From an uncultured Gemmatimonadales bacterium (GTDB taxonomy: Bacteria > Gemmatimonadota > Gemmatimonadetes > Gemmatimonadales > Gemmatimonadaceae): 64,000 bases of DNA. Under the pieces are notes generated by a model, which saw only the letters and a list, made by a program, of their open reading frames with translations, made no database searches and was not told the origin of the DNA. The DNA lies in NCBI GenBank assembly GCA_963851265.1, contig CAWKNZ010000003.1, positions 1 to 64,000 on the forward strand, given 5' to 3'. The first letter of the stretch is position 1, and every line of letters starts with the position of its first letter. Of the stretch, positions 29,554 to 38,739 are shown one piece after another. A program made the position numbers and the translations under genes.

Positions 29554-30831
29554 TCAGCCGGTGGCAGGCTCGATCTCGCGCAAACGTCGAAGCGGTGCGA
29601 CGAGGCCGGCCGTGATCCCGACGACGACGAGCGTCAGCACGCCACCGAGCACCACACTCGGCGCCGCGCCGAAGAGCTTCGCGGTGACGCCGCTCTCGAA
29701 TTCGCCGATCTCGTTGGACGAGCCGATGAAGATTTGATTCACGCTCGACACGCGCCCGAGCAGGCGGTCGGGGACCATCAACTGCAGCAGGAGCGCGCGG
29801 ATGTTGACGCTGACCATGTCGACGGCTCCGCTGAACGCGAGTAGCGCGACCGACAGCGGGTAGCTGGTGGACAGCCCGAAGCCGATCATCGACAGGCCGA
29901 ACAGGGCGACCACGACGAGCAGAACAAGACCCGGCTGCCGCACCGGCGGGCGGTGCGCGAGCGAGAAGGCGACGATGACCGCACCGGCCGCGGGCGCGGC
30001 GCGCAGCACGCCCAACCCCTCGGGGCCGACGTGGAGGATCCGGTCGGCGAAGACCGGGAGCAACGCCGTCGCGCCGCCGAAGAGCACGGAGAACAGGTCG
30101 AGCGCCATCGCGCCGACGAGCACCGGCTGCGTGCGCAGGTAGTGGATGCCCTCCAGCAGACTCGCGAGCACGGGTTCGCCGCTCGGCGTGCGCGGCGTCG
30201 GCGTGTGACGCACGCGGACGAACGCGACGAGCGCGACCACCATGAGGGCGGCGGCAACCGCGTAGGCCACCGGCGGCCCCGTGAAGCCGTAGAGCAGACC
30301 GCCGATCGCGGGGCCCCCGACGGCGGCGCCCTGCCACGTCACACTCCGCCACGTGACCGCGTTGGGCAGGACGTCGCGCGTGACGAGCTCGGAGGCGAGC
30401 GCCTGACGCGCGGGCTGCAGGAAGCTGCGCGCGATGCCGCTGACGAAGATCACGCCGTAGATGGCCCGAACGAGCACGGCCGACCCCGGCGATCGCAGCG
30501 ACAATGCGAGAAACGCCAACGAGCAGACGGCGAGCACGACCGTCGACGCGAGGACGAGACGGCGGCGATCGTGTCGGTCGGCGACGTGCCCGGCCCACAG
30601 CGCGACGCTGATGAACGGCAGCGCCTCGGCCAGTCCGATCAGGCCGAGCGAGAGCGGGTCATGCGTGACGCCGTAGACCTGCCACGACACGACGACGGTC
30701 TGGATCTGTGTCGCGAGCGTGAGGGCCAGCGTAGCGACCGTGTAGCGGCGGTACGCCGGAACACGTAGGGCCGCGTAGGGGTCGTGGCGCGGGCCGTCCT
30801 CGGCCCGCGCTCGCCCGGTACTAGACGTCAG
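29554..30831 (-). CDS. MFS transporter (EntS-like); start uncertain
   Basis: About 12 TM segments, GHVADRHDRR motif A, LLGRVSS. CTG 30831 or GTG 30927 as start. Confidence 0.9.
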   Translation of the reverse strand: MTSSTGRARAEDGPRHDPYAALRVPAYRRYTVATLALTLATQIQTVVVSWQVYGVTHDPLSLGLIGLAEALPFISVALWAGHVADRHDRRRLVLASTVVLAVCSLAFLALSLRSPGSAVLVRAIYGVIFVSGIARSFLQPARQALASELVTRDVLPNAVTWRSVTWQGAAVGGPAIGGLLYGFTGPPVAYAVAAALMVVALVAFVRVRHTPTPRTPSGEPVLASLLEGIHYLRTQPVLVGAMALDLFSVLFGGATALLPVFADRILHVGPEGLGVLRAAPAAGAVIVAFSLAHRPPVRQPGLVLLVVVALFGLSMIGFGLSTSYPLSVALLAFSGAVDMVSVNIRALLLQLMVPDRLLGRVSSVNQIFIGSSNEIGEFESGVTAKLFGAAPSVVLGGVLTLVVVGITAGLVAPLRRLREIEPATG

Positions 30832-31240
30832 AGCGTGACGACGCGTGCGGGGTCGCGGGCGCGCCGATCGTGCTCTCGCCGTACAGCTCGCGGTACGTCG
30901 CGTCGACGCTGTTGTCGTCCGGCGCACCGATCAGCGACGCCGGCGTGCGCCCGGCAGCCCGCATCCCGAGCGCCCAGAGGGCACTCACGCCGGCGATGCT
31001 GCCCGAGACACCGATCAGCAAGCTGAGGATGTCGATGATGACGTGCCCGCCAAGCGGAAGCCCCTCGATCCGCGCCAGGAGGCGGAGGGCGCCCTTGTAG
31101 GCGAGGATGCCCCACACCGCGAAGGCGAGCATCGAAACGCCAGCCTCGACGGCTCGACGCTGCCAGGGCGCCACGGTAGGACGCGGGAAGCTCGGCACGG
31201 GCGGGGCGAGCGGTGGGCGGATCGAGGCGTGGCCGATCAT
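30821..31240 (-). CDS. Hypothetical membrane protein (2 TM)
   Basis: Two hydrophobic segments; co-oriented with the MFS gene. Confidence 0.6.
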   Translation of the reverse strand: MIGHASIRPPLAPPVPSFPRPTVAPWQRRAVEAGVSMLAFAVWGILAYKGALRLLARIEGLPLGGHVIIDILSLLIGVSGSIAGVSALWALGMRAAGRTPASLIGAPDDNSVDATYRELYGESTIGAPATPHASSRSDV

Positions 31241-31443
31241 GGGCGGGACGGTGCGGATTCGGCCGACTCAGCGGCGATCGAACAGCTGGATGAAAGCACG
31301 GTAGTGCGCGGTTGCCCTACGTTCAACCCTTGCTGGCGCAACTCGAACTTGGTCGAATCGGTTCGATACAGAGCAAGATACGTGTAGCACCTGCGTTCGT
31401 ATACCGGTCAACCGCGCGCAAGTTTCGCCGGCGGCGGAAGTCC

Positions 31444-33144
31444 TCAGACCACGGACGCGGCCGTGGAGCGGAACGTCGGCGGGCGCCGCGCGTGCGTGGC
31501 CTGCTCGAACGCGTACGCCAGGCGGATGAGGCGCTGTTCGCTCCACGCGCCCGCGAAGAACGACAGGCCGATCGGGAGGCCGTGCACGAACCCGGCGGGC
31601 ACCGTGATGTGCGGGTACCCGGCGACGGCCGACGCCGACGAGTACCCGCCACCGAAGTGGTCGCCGACCACGAGGTCGACCGTCCACGCTGGGCCGTTGG
31701 TGGGGGCGACGATCGCGTCGAGGCGGTTGGCCGCGAGCGTGGCGTCGATTCCCTCCGCGCCGGCGAGGCGGCGATTGTCGGCGAGCGCCTTCTGGTAGGC
31801 CGCGTCCGACAGCGGGCCGCGTGCCTCGCTCTGCTCGAACAGTTCCTGCCCGAACCACGGCATCTCGCGGTCGGCGTGGCGGCGGTTGAATGCGATGAGG
31901 TCGGCGAGCGTGCGCGGCAGCGGGTCGCCCGCCGCGTTGGTGGCCGACGCATCGACCCCGCGGAAGCGCTCGGCGAGGTACGCGTTCATGTCGGCCTTGA
32001 GCTCGTACTGCAGCACTTCGTTCTCGGTCGCGTCCCACTTGCCGGTGGTCGCGATGGTGACCGGGTCGACGAGTACGGCGCCCGCATCGCGGAGTGCGCG
32101 GAGCGCGGCCTCCATCACGAGGTCGACGTCGGCGTGGAAGCCGAAGCTCGAGCGAAGGACGCCGATGCGCGCCCCCCGAAGCGCGCCGGCGTCGAGTCCG
32201 GCCGCGTAGTCGGCAACGACGTGCGGCTGCGCGGCCACGGTGGCCGCGTCGCGCGGGTCGGCGCCGCCCGAGGCGAGCACGCCGAGCAGGGTTGCCGCGT
32301 CGCGCACCGTGCGGGCCATCGGCCCGGCGGTGTCTTGCGAGTGCGCGATCGGGATCACCCCGGCGCGGCTCACCAGGCCCAACGTGGGCTTGATGCCGAC
32401 GACGCCGTTGATCGCCGACGGGCAGACGATCGAGCCGTCCGTTTCGGTCCCCACGGCGATGGCGGCGAGGTTGGCCGACACGGCCGCGCCCGACCCCGAG
32501 CTCGATCCGCACGGCGAGCGGTCGAGCACGTACGGGTTGCGCGTCTGGCCGCCGCGCCCGCTCCAGCCGCTCGACGACCGCGTGGAGCGGAAGTTGGCCC
32601 ACTCGCTCAGATTGGTCTTGCCCAGAAGCACGGCGCCCGCGCTGCGCAGCCGCGCCGCCAGGAAGGCGTCGCGCGGCGCGGGCCGCCCGGCGAGCGCGAG
32701 CGACCCGGCCGTGGTCTGCATCCGGTCGCCGGTGTCGACGTTGTCCTTGAGCAGGACCGGGATGCCGTGTAGCGGACCGCGCACGCGACCGGCGGCCCGT
32801 TCCGCGTCGAGCCTGGCTGCTTCGGCGAGCGCGTCCGGGTTGACCTCGATCACCGCCGCCGTGCCCGGGCGGCCGCCGCCCGGCCGATCGACCGCTTCGA
32901 TGCGCGCGAGGTAGGCTGCCGCCAGCGCCCGCGCGGTCGTCGCGCCGCTCGCCATCGCCCGCTGCAGGTCGGCCACGGTCGCCTCCTCGAACGCGAAGGG
33001 CGGCGCCGACGCGGCGGGCAGTGCGGAGCCGTCGGCGGTGCCGATCGGGGCCGGCTGCGCCACGGCCGACGCGGGCAGCGCGGCGGAGACGGCGCCGAGG
33101 GCGCCGGCAGCGGCGGTAGTACCGAGGAACGAGCGACGATTCAT
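31444..33144 (-). CDS. Amidase signature family enzyme with Tat signal
   Basis: MNRRSFL twin-arginine motif; GPLHGIPVLLKDN, GSSSGS, GTETDGSIVCP. Confidence 0.95.
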   Translation of the reverse strand: MNRRSFLGTTAAAGALGAVSAALPASAVAQPAPIGTADGSALPAASAPPFAFEEATVADLQRAMASGATTARALAAAYLARIEAVDRPGGGRPGTAAVIEVNPDALAEAARLDAERAAGRVRGPLHGIPVLLKDNVDTGDRMQTTAGSLALAGRPAPRDAFLAARLRSAGAVLLGKTNLSEWANFRSTRSSSGWSGRGGQTRNPYVLDRSPCGSSSGSGAAVSANLAAIAVGTETDGSIVCPSAINGVVGIKPTLGLVSRAGVIPIAHSQDTAGPMARTVRDAATLLGVLASGGADPRDAATVAAQPHVVADYAAGLDAGALRGARIGVLRSSFGFHADVDLVMEAALRALRDAGAVLVDPVTIATTGKWDATENEVLQYELKADMNAYLAERFRGVDASATNAAGDPLPRTLADLIAFNRRHADREMPWFGQELFEQSEARGPLSDAAYQKALADNRRLAGAEGIDATLAANRLDAIVAPTNGPAWTVDLVVGDHFGGGYSSASAVAGYPHITVPAGFVHGLPIGLSFFAGAWSEQRLIRLAYAFEQATHARRPPTFRSTAASVV

Positions 33145-33324
33145 GTGCGGGGCGGGCGGAGGGCAAACGCGGAGCGGAAAGAGAACGCCCCGCATCCGAC
33201 CGCGCCACGGCGCCGCGCAGGTTGCCGGTTTGAGGGTTGCGGCCGTCGCGCGTCACGCGTCCCTGTGGCGTTCGCGCCACACACGGTGCCTGCCGTACCG
33301 GCGCCTCAAGCCCCACTCTCAGTC

Positions 33325-34140
33325 GTGTTCTCTTCCCCACTCCGAGCCACCGTGACCGGCACGGGCGACGCCGTCCTCGTGTTGGCCAACGGCGTCGGCA
33401 CGCACCAGCACACGTGGCGGCACATCGTGGCGGCGCTCGAGCACGAGTGCCGCCTCGTCCGATTCGACTATGTGGGCACGCCCGACGCCGACCTCGCCGA
33501 GTACCGGCCCGAGCGATACGACACGCTCGACGGGCACGTGGACGACGTGGTCGCGTTGCTCGACGACCTCGACGCGGCCGACGTGATCTGGGTGGGGCAC
33601 TCGGTGAGCGGGATGATCGGACTGCTCGCGGCGGCGGCGGCGCCGGAGCGCATCGGGCGCCTGGTGACGGTGTCGGCGTCGCCGCGCTACCTCGACGACG
33701 AGCCCGCGGGCTACGTCGGCGGGTTCACGCCGGAGGCGCTCGACGACGTGTTCGCGGCGACCACGGCCGACTATCACGCGTGGGCCGGCGGCTTCGGTCC
33801 GCTCGCCGTGGGCCGGGCGAACGCGCCGGATGCGGGCGAGGAGTTCGCGGCGTACCTGCGGCGTATGCGCCCCGACATCGCGCGGCAGACGCTGCGGGCG
33901 GTGTTCACGAGCGACTTCCGCGCCGTCCTCCCGCACATCGCCCAGCCGGTCACGGTGGTGCAGCCGAGTGCCGACGTCGCGGTGCCCACGGCGGTGGGGC
34001 GGTATCTCGCGGCCACGCTTCCGTCGGCGACGTATTACGAACTGCGCGCCGAGGGGCACCTACCGCATCTGACCGCGCCGGCGGAGATCATCCCGGTCTT
34101 GCGGGGCGTGCTCGCCGACGCGGCCGCCGTTCGCGCGTGA
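33325..34140 (+). CDS. RsbQ/KAI2-like alpha/beta hydrolase
   Basis: GHSVSGMIG, SASPRYL, DVAVP, EGHLPHL, all typical of the RsbQ/D14 family. Start estimated. Confidence 0.88.
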   Translation: MFSSPLRATVTGTGDAVLVLANGVGTHQHTWRHIVAALEHECRLVRFDYVGTPDADLAEYRPERYDTLDGHVDDVVALLDDLDAADVIWVGHSVSGMIGLLAAAAAPERIGRLVTVSASPRYLDDEPAGYVGGFTPEALDDVFAATTADYHAWAGGFGPLAVGRANAPDAGEEFAAYLRRMRPDIARQTLRAVFTSDFRAVLPHIAQPVTVVQPSADVAVPTAVGRYLAATLPSATYYELRAEGHLPHLTAPAEIIPVLRGVLADAAAVRA

Positions 34141-37100
34141 ACGCCTCGATTGCCAGCGCGGCCCAGGCGTCGCACGCGCTCTCGGCCCTCGACGCGCTCA
34201 CCGGGGCCGTGCGCGACCTGCTCGGCGCCGACGTGGTGCTCGCGTTCGGGTGGAGCGACGATCGGACCGCGCGCGTGCGCGCCGCGGCTCCCGCGCTGCC
34301 GGCAGGCGGCGCGCCCGTCGCGTGGCCCGCCACCCTGACGCTCGCGCGCCCGCCGATCGCCGCGCGTGGCGGCGTGCACGTCGAGCTCGACGTTCCGCGG
34401 CGGCTCGTGTCGAACGCGCTTCGCCTCGCGCTGCCCGTGCCGGCCCGTGCTGCCCTCGTGGTCACCGCCGGCGCGCCGGACGGCATCGCCGACGATGCGT
34501 CGCCGGGCGGACTGCTGGCGATCTGGCACACGGCGCGGCTGGACGCGACGGACGCGGCGTCCCTCGGAAGCCGGGTGGCCGGACTGCGCCCCGCCCTCGC
34601 GCGCGCACTCGCCGAGGACGGCGCGGAACTGGCGCACGACCGGCTCGCTGCGCGGCTCGCGGCGGTGATGACGACGAGCGCGCAGGCGATCGTCTTCGTC
34701 GACGCGGCCGCGGGGACGATGGTGAACGCAGCCGCCGCGCGCCTGCTCGGACTCGGGCCCGGCGCGGCCGACACCGCGCACGTGGCCGAGCGCATGGCCG
34801 CGCTGCGCGCGCGGGCGGTGAACGCGGACGAGCTGGAAGCCGACGCACGCCGCCTCGTCACCGACCCCGACGCGCGGCTGGAGCACTGGAGCTGGACCTT
34901 CGACGCGCCGGAACGACTGCACCTGCGTGTCGCCTCGGTGCCGGTGGCGCGCGGCCAGTCGCCGGCGTCCACCGGCCGACTCTGGACGTTCGACGACGTC
35001 ACGCGGGAGGTCGAGGGGCAGCGCGCCGCGCGCGCGAGCGAGGCGCGCTTCCGGGCGGCGATGGACGCCTCGCCGGACGCGTGCTTCCTGCTCGAGTCGG
35101 TCGGGGGCGCCGACGGTGGCGTCGACGATTTCGTGTTCATCAAGGCGAACGCGGGCGCCGGCGCGCTGTTAGGCATGCCCGCCGAGGGGCTCGTCGGCAA
35201 GCGCATGTGCGAGACATTCCCGACGGTGCGCGGCAGCGAGCTGTTCGCCCGCTATGCGGCGGTCGCGACGACTCGCGTGATATACGAGGGCGAGTACCGA
35301 ACGCGCGACCCGCGGACCGCCGCGGCGTGGCTCTCGCTGCAGGTCGTGCCGGTGGTCGGGACGGACGCCGCGGGGAGCGGGATCGCGATCACGGCGCGCG
35401 ACGTCACGGCGGCCAAACGGGCCGAGGCGGAGGCGCGGCTGGTGCACGACGTCACGCGCGTCGTGGGCACGGCGTCCGACGCGCGGGAGGCGCTCCGGGC
35501 GGCGCTGGCCGCCATGTGCACGTCCACCGGTTTCGTGTACGGCGAAGCGTGGGTGGCGGAGACGGTGGGGCACGACGACGCGACGCGGACCGGTCCGACA
35601 ATGGTGCAGGGCCCCGTCTGGCACGCCCCGGACGACGAACGCCTGCGCGCCTTCGCCACCGCGTCCGCCGCCTACACGTTCCGCCCGAGCCAGGGCCTAC
35701 CCGGGCAGGTAGTCGCCGCGGGCGCTCCGGTGTGGCTTCCCGACATCACCGACCCGCATGCGGAATTTCAGCGCGCGGCCCTGGCGCGGCGCACGGGAAT
35801 TCGCCGCAGCTTCGCCATCCCGGTGATGGCCGACCGGAGCCTCGTCGCCGTCCTCGCGTTCTACTCGCGGGAGGCGGGCGAGTGCGGTCGGGCGGAGCGC
35901 GACCTGCTGGAGGCCGTCGGCGCGCAGGTCGGGCCGGTGGTGCGGCAGAAGCTGGCCGAAGCCGCACTGCGCGAGCGCGAGGCCGAACTGCGCGCCCTGT
36001 TCGCGGCCATGCGCGACGTCGTGCTCGTGTTCGACGCCGACGGCACGTACCTGCGGGTAATGCCCACGATGCCGGCGCGCGCCCTCCAGCCGGTCCAGGG
36101 TGTGGTGGGGCAACGCGTGCACGACGTGCTGCCGACCGACGTCGCGGACCAGATCCTTGCGACCGTGCGCCGCGTGATCGCGACGGGCACCGCGCAGCAC
36201 CTCGATTACACGATGGACGCGCCCGGCGGCCCACGGTGGATCGCCGCGACGGGTTCGCCGCTCGGCCGCGACGCCGTGCTCTGGGTGGCGCGCGACGTCA
36301 CGGTTCAGAAGTCTGCCGAGGCCGCCGTGCGTCAGAGCGAGTCGCGCTACCGCGGCGTGCTCGAAAACCTGAGCAGCTTCGCGGTGCAACTCGACCGGGC
36401 GGGGCGGATCACATTCGTGAACGACGCGCTGCTGGCGGCTACCGGCTGGACGCGCGACGAGGCGCACGGCGCGGACTACTTCGCGCGCTTCATCCCCGAC
36501 GAACACGGCCTCGGCGCGGCGTTCGCGAGGACCGTAGGGCTCGGTCGGGCCGACGGCGTGCCCGCACACTACGAGCACGAGATCCTCACGCGGGACGGAA
36601 GGCGCCGCCTCGTGGCGTGGGACACCGCGGTGCTGCGCGACAACGCAGGGCAGGTCGAGGGTGTGTCGAGCGTGGGTCGCGACGTGACCGACGAGCGCCA
36701 CCTCGCGGCCGAGCGCGAACGTCTCGTGCGCGCGCTCGAAGACTTGGCCGAGCAGGACGATCTCACGGGACTCCTCAACCGCCGGGGGTTCGTGCGCATG
36801 GCCACGCAGGAGCGCAAGAGCGCGGCGCGCACGGGGCGGCTGGACGGCGTGTGCTACGTCGATCTCGACCGCTTCAAGCCGATCAACGACACGTACGGGC
36901 ACGCGGCGGGCGACGCCGCGCTGCGTGCGGTCGCGCGCGTGCTGCGCGACACCATGCGCGGCGCCGATTTCTGCGCGCGGCTGGGCGGCGACGAGTTCGC
37001 GGTGTACGCACTGGGGATCACGGCGGCGGGAGGCACACAGGTGCTGGCCGACCGGCTGCGCGGCGCCCTGGCCGCACACAACGTGGCCGCAACCGCCGCG

Positions 37101-37238
37101 GGGCGGCCGTACGAGCTCGCGTTCAGCGTGGGGGTCGCCGAGTTCACCGGTGGCGAGCAGCTCGACGAGGTGTTGGCGCGGGCCGACGGCGCGCTCTACG
37201 CGGCGAAACGCTCCCGGGTCACGCTCGCCAGGTCATGA
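34137..37238 (+). CDS. PAS/GAF diguanylate cyclase
   Basis: Several PAS/PAC repeats, GAF, DDLTGLLNRR, DLDRFKPINDTYGH, intact RGAD I-site, RLGGDEF. GTGA overlap with the upstream hydrolase. Confidence 0.95.
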   Translation: MNASIASAAQASHALSALDALTGAVRDLLGADVVLAFGWSDDRTARVRAAAPALPAGGAPVAWPATLTLARPPIAARGGVHVELDVPRRLVSNALRLALPVPARAALVVTAGAPDGIADDASPGGLLAIWHTARLDATDAASLGSRVAGLRPALARALAEDGAELAHDRLAARLAAVMTTSAQAIVFVDAAAGTMVNAAAARLLGLGPGAADTAHVAERMAALRARAVNADELEADARRLVTDPDARLEHWSWTFDAPERLHLRVASVPVARGQSPASTGRLWTFDDVTREVEGQRAARASEARFRAAMDASPDACFLLESVGGADGGVDDFVFIKANAGAGALLGMPAEGLVGKRMCETFPTVRGSELFARYAAVATTRVIYEGEYRTRDPRTAAAWLSLQVVPVVGTDAAGSGIAITARDVTAAKRAEAEARLVHDVTRVVGTASDAREALRAALAAMCTSTGFVYGEAWVAETVGHDDATRTGPTMVQGPVWHAPDDERLRAFATASAAYTFRPSQGLPGQVVAAGAPVWLPDITDPHAEFQRAALARRTGIRRSFAIPVMADRSLVAVLAFYSREAGECGRAERDLLEAVGAQVGPVVRQKLAEAALREREAELRALFAAMRDVVLVFDADGTYLRVMPTMPARALQPVQGVVGQRVHDVLPTDVADQILATVRRVIATGTAQHLDYTMDAPGGPRWIAATGSPLGRDAVLWVARDVTVQKSAEAAVRQSESRYRGVLENLSSFAVQLDRAGRITFVNDALLAATGWTRDEAHGADYFARFIPDEHGLGAAFARTVGLGRADGVPAHYEHEILTRDGRRRLVAWDTAVLRDNAGQVEGVSSVGRDVTDERHLAAERERLVRALEDLAEQDDLTGLLNRRGFVRMATQERKSAARTGRLDGVCYVDLDRFKPINDTYGHAAGDAALRAVARVLRDTMRGADFCARLGGDEFAVYALGITAAGGTQVLADRLRGALAAHNVAATAAGRPYELAFSVGVAEFTGGEQLDEVLARADGALYAAKRSRVTLARS

Positions 37239-37830
37239 ACCAGTCGCGCTGCGTTTCGGCGCCCATGGTGAACGTGCCCGGGCCGGCGACGACGAAGCCG
37301 TACCGGGTGTAGAACGACACCGCGCGGGCATTCGCCTGATAGACGGCGAGCCAGAGCGGGTCGGCGCCCCCGGGTTCGGCTTGCGCGCGCGCCTGCACCG
37401 CCCGCAGCAGTGCGGGACCGACGCCGCGCCCGTGCCACGCGTGGTCGACGTAGAGGCGCGCGAGCTCGCGCGGGTGTGCGCCGGCGCACGCCGCCGGTGG
37501 GGCGGCGTCCGCGTGCGGGCGAAGGCGGAGCTGTGCGTACCCGGCCCACTCCGCAGCTGCGGCGCTCTCGACGTCGGCGATCATCGTGACGAGCGCCGGG
37601 TCGGCGAGTTCGACGCGCTGCCGCTCGGGCGTGAAGTGGGTGCGTACGTACGCGGCCACGTCCTCGGGGCGGCTGTTGGCGACAGGACCGACGCCCCCGC
37701 GCGCGTAGGTGGTCGTGAACGTGCGCGCGGCGAACTCGGCGAGGTCCGCCGCGTCGGACGGCGTGGCGACCCGCACGCGGACCGGGGCGTTGGCCGAGCA
37801 TGGCGCGGTCTGTGCCGTTTCTACGCGCAT
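37219..37830 (-). CDS. GNAT N-acetyltransferase (PaiA-like)
   Basis: ELARLYV..WHGRGVG, WLAV..NARAVSFY..YGF. Confidence 0.9.
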   Translation of the reverse strand: MRVETAQTAPCSANAPVRVRVATPSDAADLAEFAARTFTTTYARGGVGPVANSRPEDVAAYVRTHFTPERQRVELADPALVTMIADVESAAAAEWAGYAQLRLRPHADAAPPAACAGAHPRELARLYVDHAWHGRGVGPALLRAVQARAQAEPGGADPLWLAVYQANARAVSFYTRYGFVVAGPGTFTMGAETQRDWFMTWRA

Positions 37831-37853
37831 ACCCTTCCGATTCGAGAGGTCAG

Positions 37854-38216
37854 ATGACACGTTCGCTCGCCGCCGCACTGATCGCGGCCGCCGCCCTCGC
37901 CGTGCCTGCACGCCGCGCCGCCGCCCAGACCGTGAAGGAGGACGTCAATACGGGCGCCCACGCCGTCGGCAGCACCGCGTCGAAGATCGGCAAGGGCACC
38001 GCGAAGGTCGCCGTCAAAGCCGCCGACGCGACGGCGGACGAGGGCAAGAAGATCGGGAAAGGCACGGCGAAGGTCGCGGTCACGGCGGCCGATGCGACAG
38101 CCGACGAGGGCAAGAAGGTGGGTACGTACGTCAAGCACCGCGTGAGCAAGCCGCACCGGAAGTCTGCGGCCGCACGTCGCGCCGCCGCGGCCAGGGCCGA
38201 CTCGACACGCCGCTGA
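37854..38216 (+). CDS. Small secreted protein with 22-aa repeats (LEA-like)
   Basis: GAGGT RBS, signal peptide ending AAAQ, and KIGKGTAKVAVxAADATADEGK twice. Confidence 0.75.
   Translation: MTRSLAAALIAAAALAVPARRAAAQTVKEDVNTGAHAVGSTASKIGKGTAKVAVKAADATADEGKKIGKGTAKVAVTAADATADEGKKVGTYVKHRVSKPHRKSAAARRAAAARADSTRR
37983..38114 (+). repeat. 66-bp tandem repeat x2 (coding)
   Basis: Units 37983-38048 and 38049-38114 differ mostly at synonymous sites. Confidence 0.85.
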
Positions 38217-38258
38217 TCGCCCGCGCGTCGAAACCGGCGCGTCGCCGCCCGCAGGCGG

Positions 38259-38684
38259 TCAGCCGCGGGACGACCTCCACGGCCGGCCGCCGCCCGCGGG
38301 ACATCGATACACGAGCCCTTCGAGCCCGCCCGCGCCCTGCAGCTGCCACGCTTCTTCGCGCGGGTGCGGCTGGACAGTGAGCAGCGTCCCGTCGCTGAAC
38401 GCGATCTCGACCGCGCCGCTCTCGGCCACGTCCAGCGCCTCGACGCGGCGCCCGACGAGGGTCAGGAGGGGCGCGAGTCGTTCCGGCTCCGCGGGGTCGA
38501 CGCGACGTGCCTCGCCGTCCGCCTGCTGAAGGGTGAACGGCACCCCGACGCGCAGCTCGATCGCGTCGTGCAGCGAGTAGGTGAGCAGCCGCATCGCGCG
38601 CAACTCCACGAGCAGCTGCGTCACGCGATGTTCGTCGAGCAGAAGGACGTGCCCACCAGGGCGTTCGTCGAGCGTCGCAGACAT
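38259..38684 (-). CDS. Hypothetical protein (DUF6188-like)
   Basis: Ends with IAFSDG..LTVQP...EAWQ...CPAGGG, a pattern I recall for this family. Not verified by search. Confidence 0.65.
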   Translation of the reverse strand: MSATLDERPGGHVLLLDEHRVTQLLVELRAMRLLTYSLHDAIELRVGVPFTLQQADGEARRVDPAEPERLAPLLTLVGRRVEALDVAESGAVEIAFSDGTLLTVQPHPREEAWQLQGAGGLEGLVYRCPAGGGRPWRSSRG

Positions 38685-38739
38685 GCTCGCAAGGTAGCCG
38701 CGGCGTCGAGCCCTCCCGCGGTCGCTCGGCCCCGCTCCG

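Noticed and set aside
33164..33188. CAAACG-N16-CGC near-match to the ECF motif upstream of the RsbQ-like gene
   Set aside because: Mismatches in both boxes.
33237..34136. N-terminal 300 aa of the 1333-aa cyclase ORF
   Set aside because: Shadow frame of the RsbQ-like gene; GTG 34137 overlapping the hydrolase stop is the plausible start.
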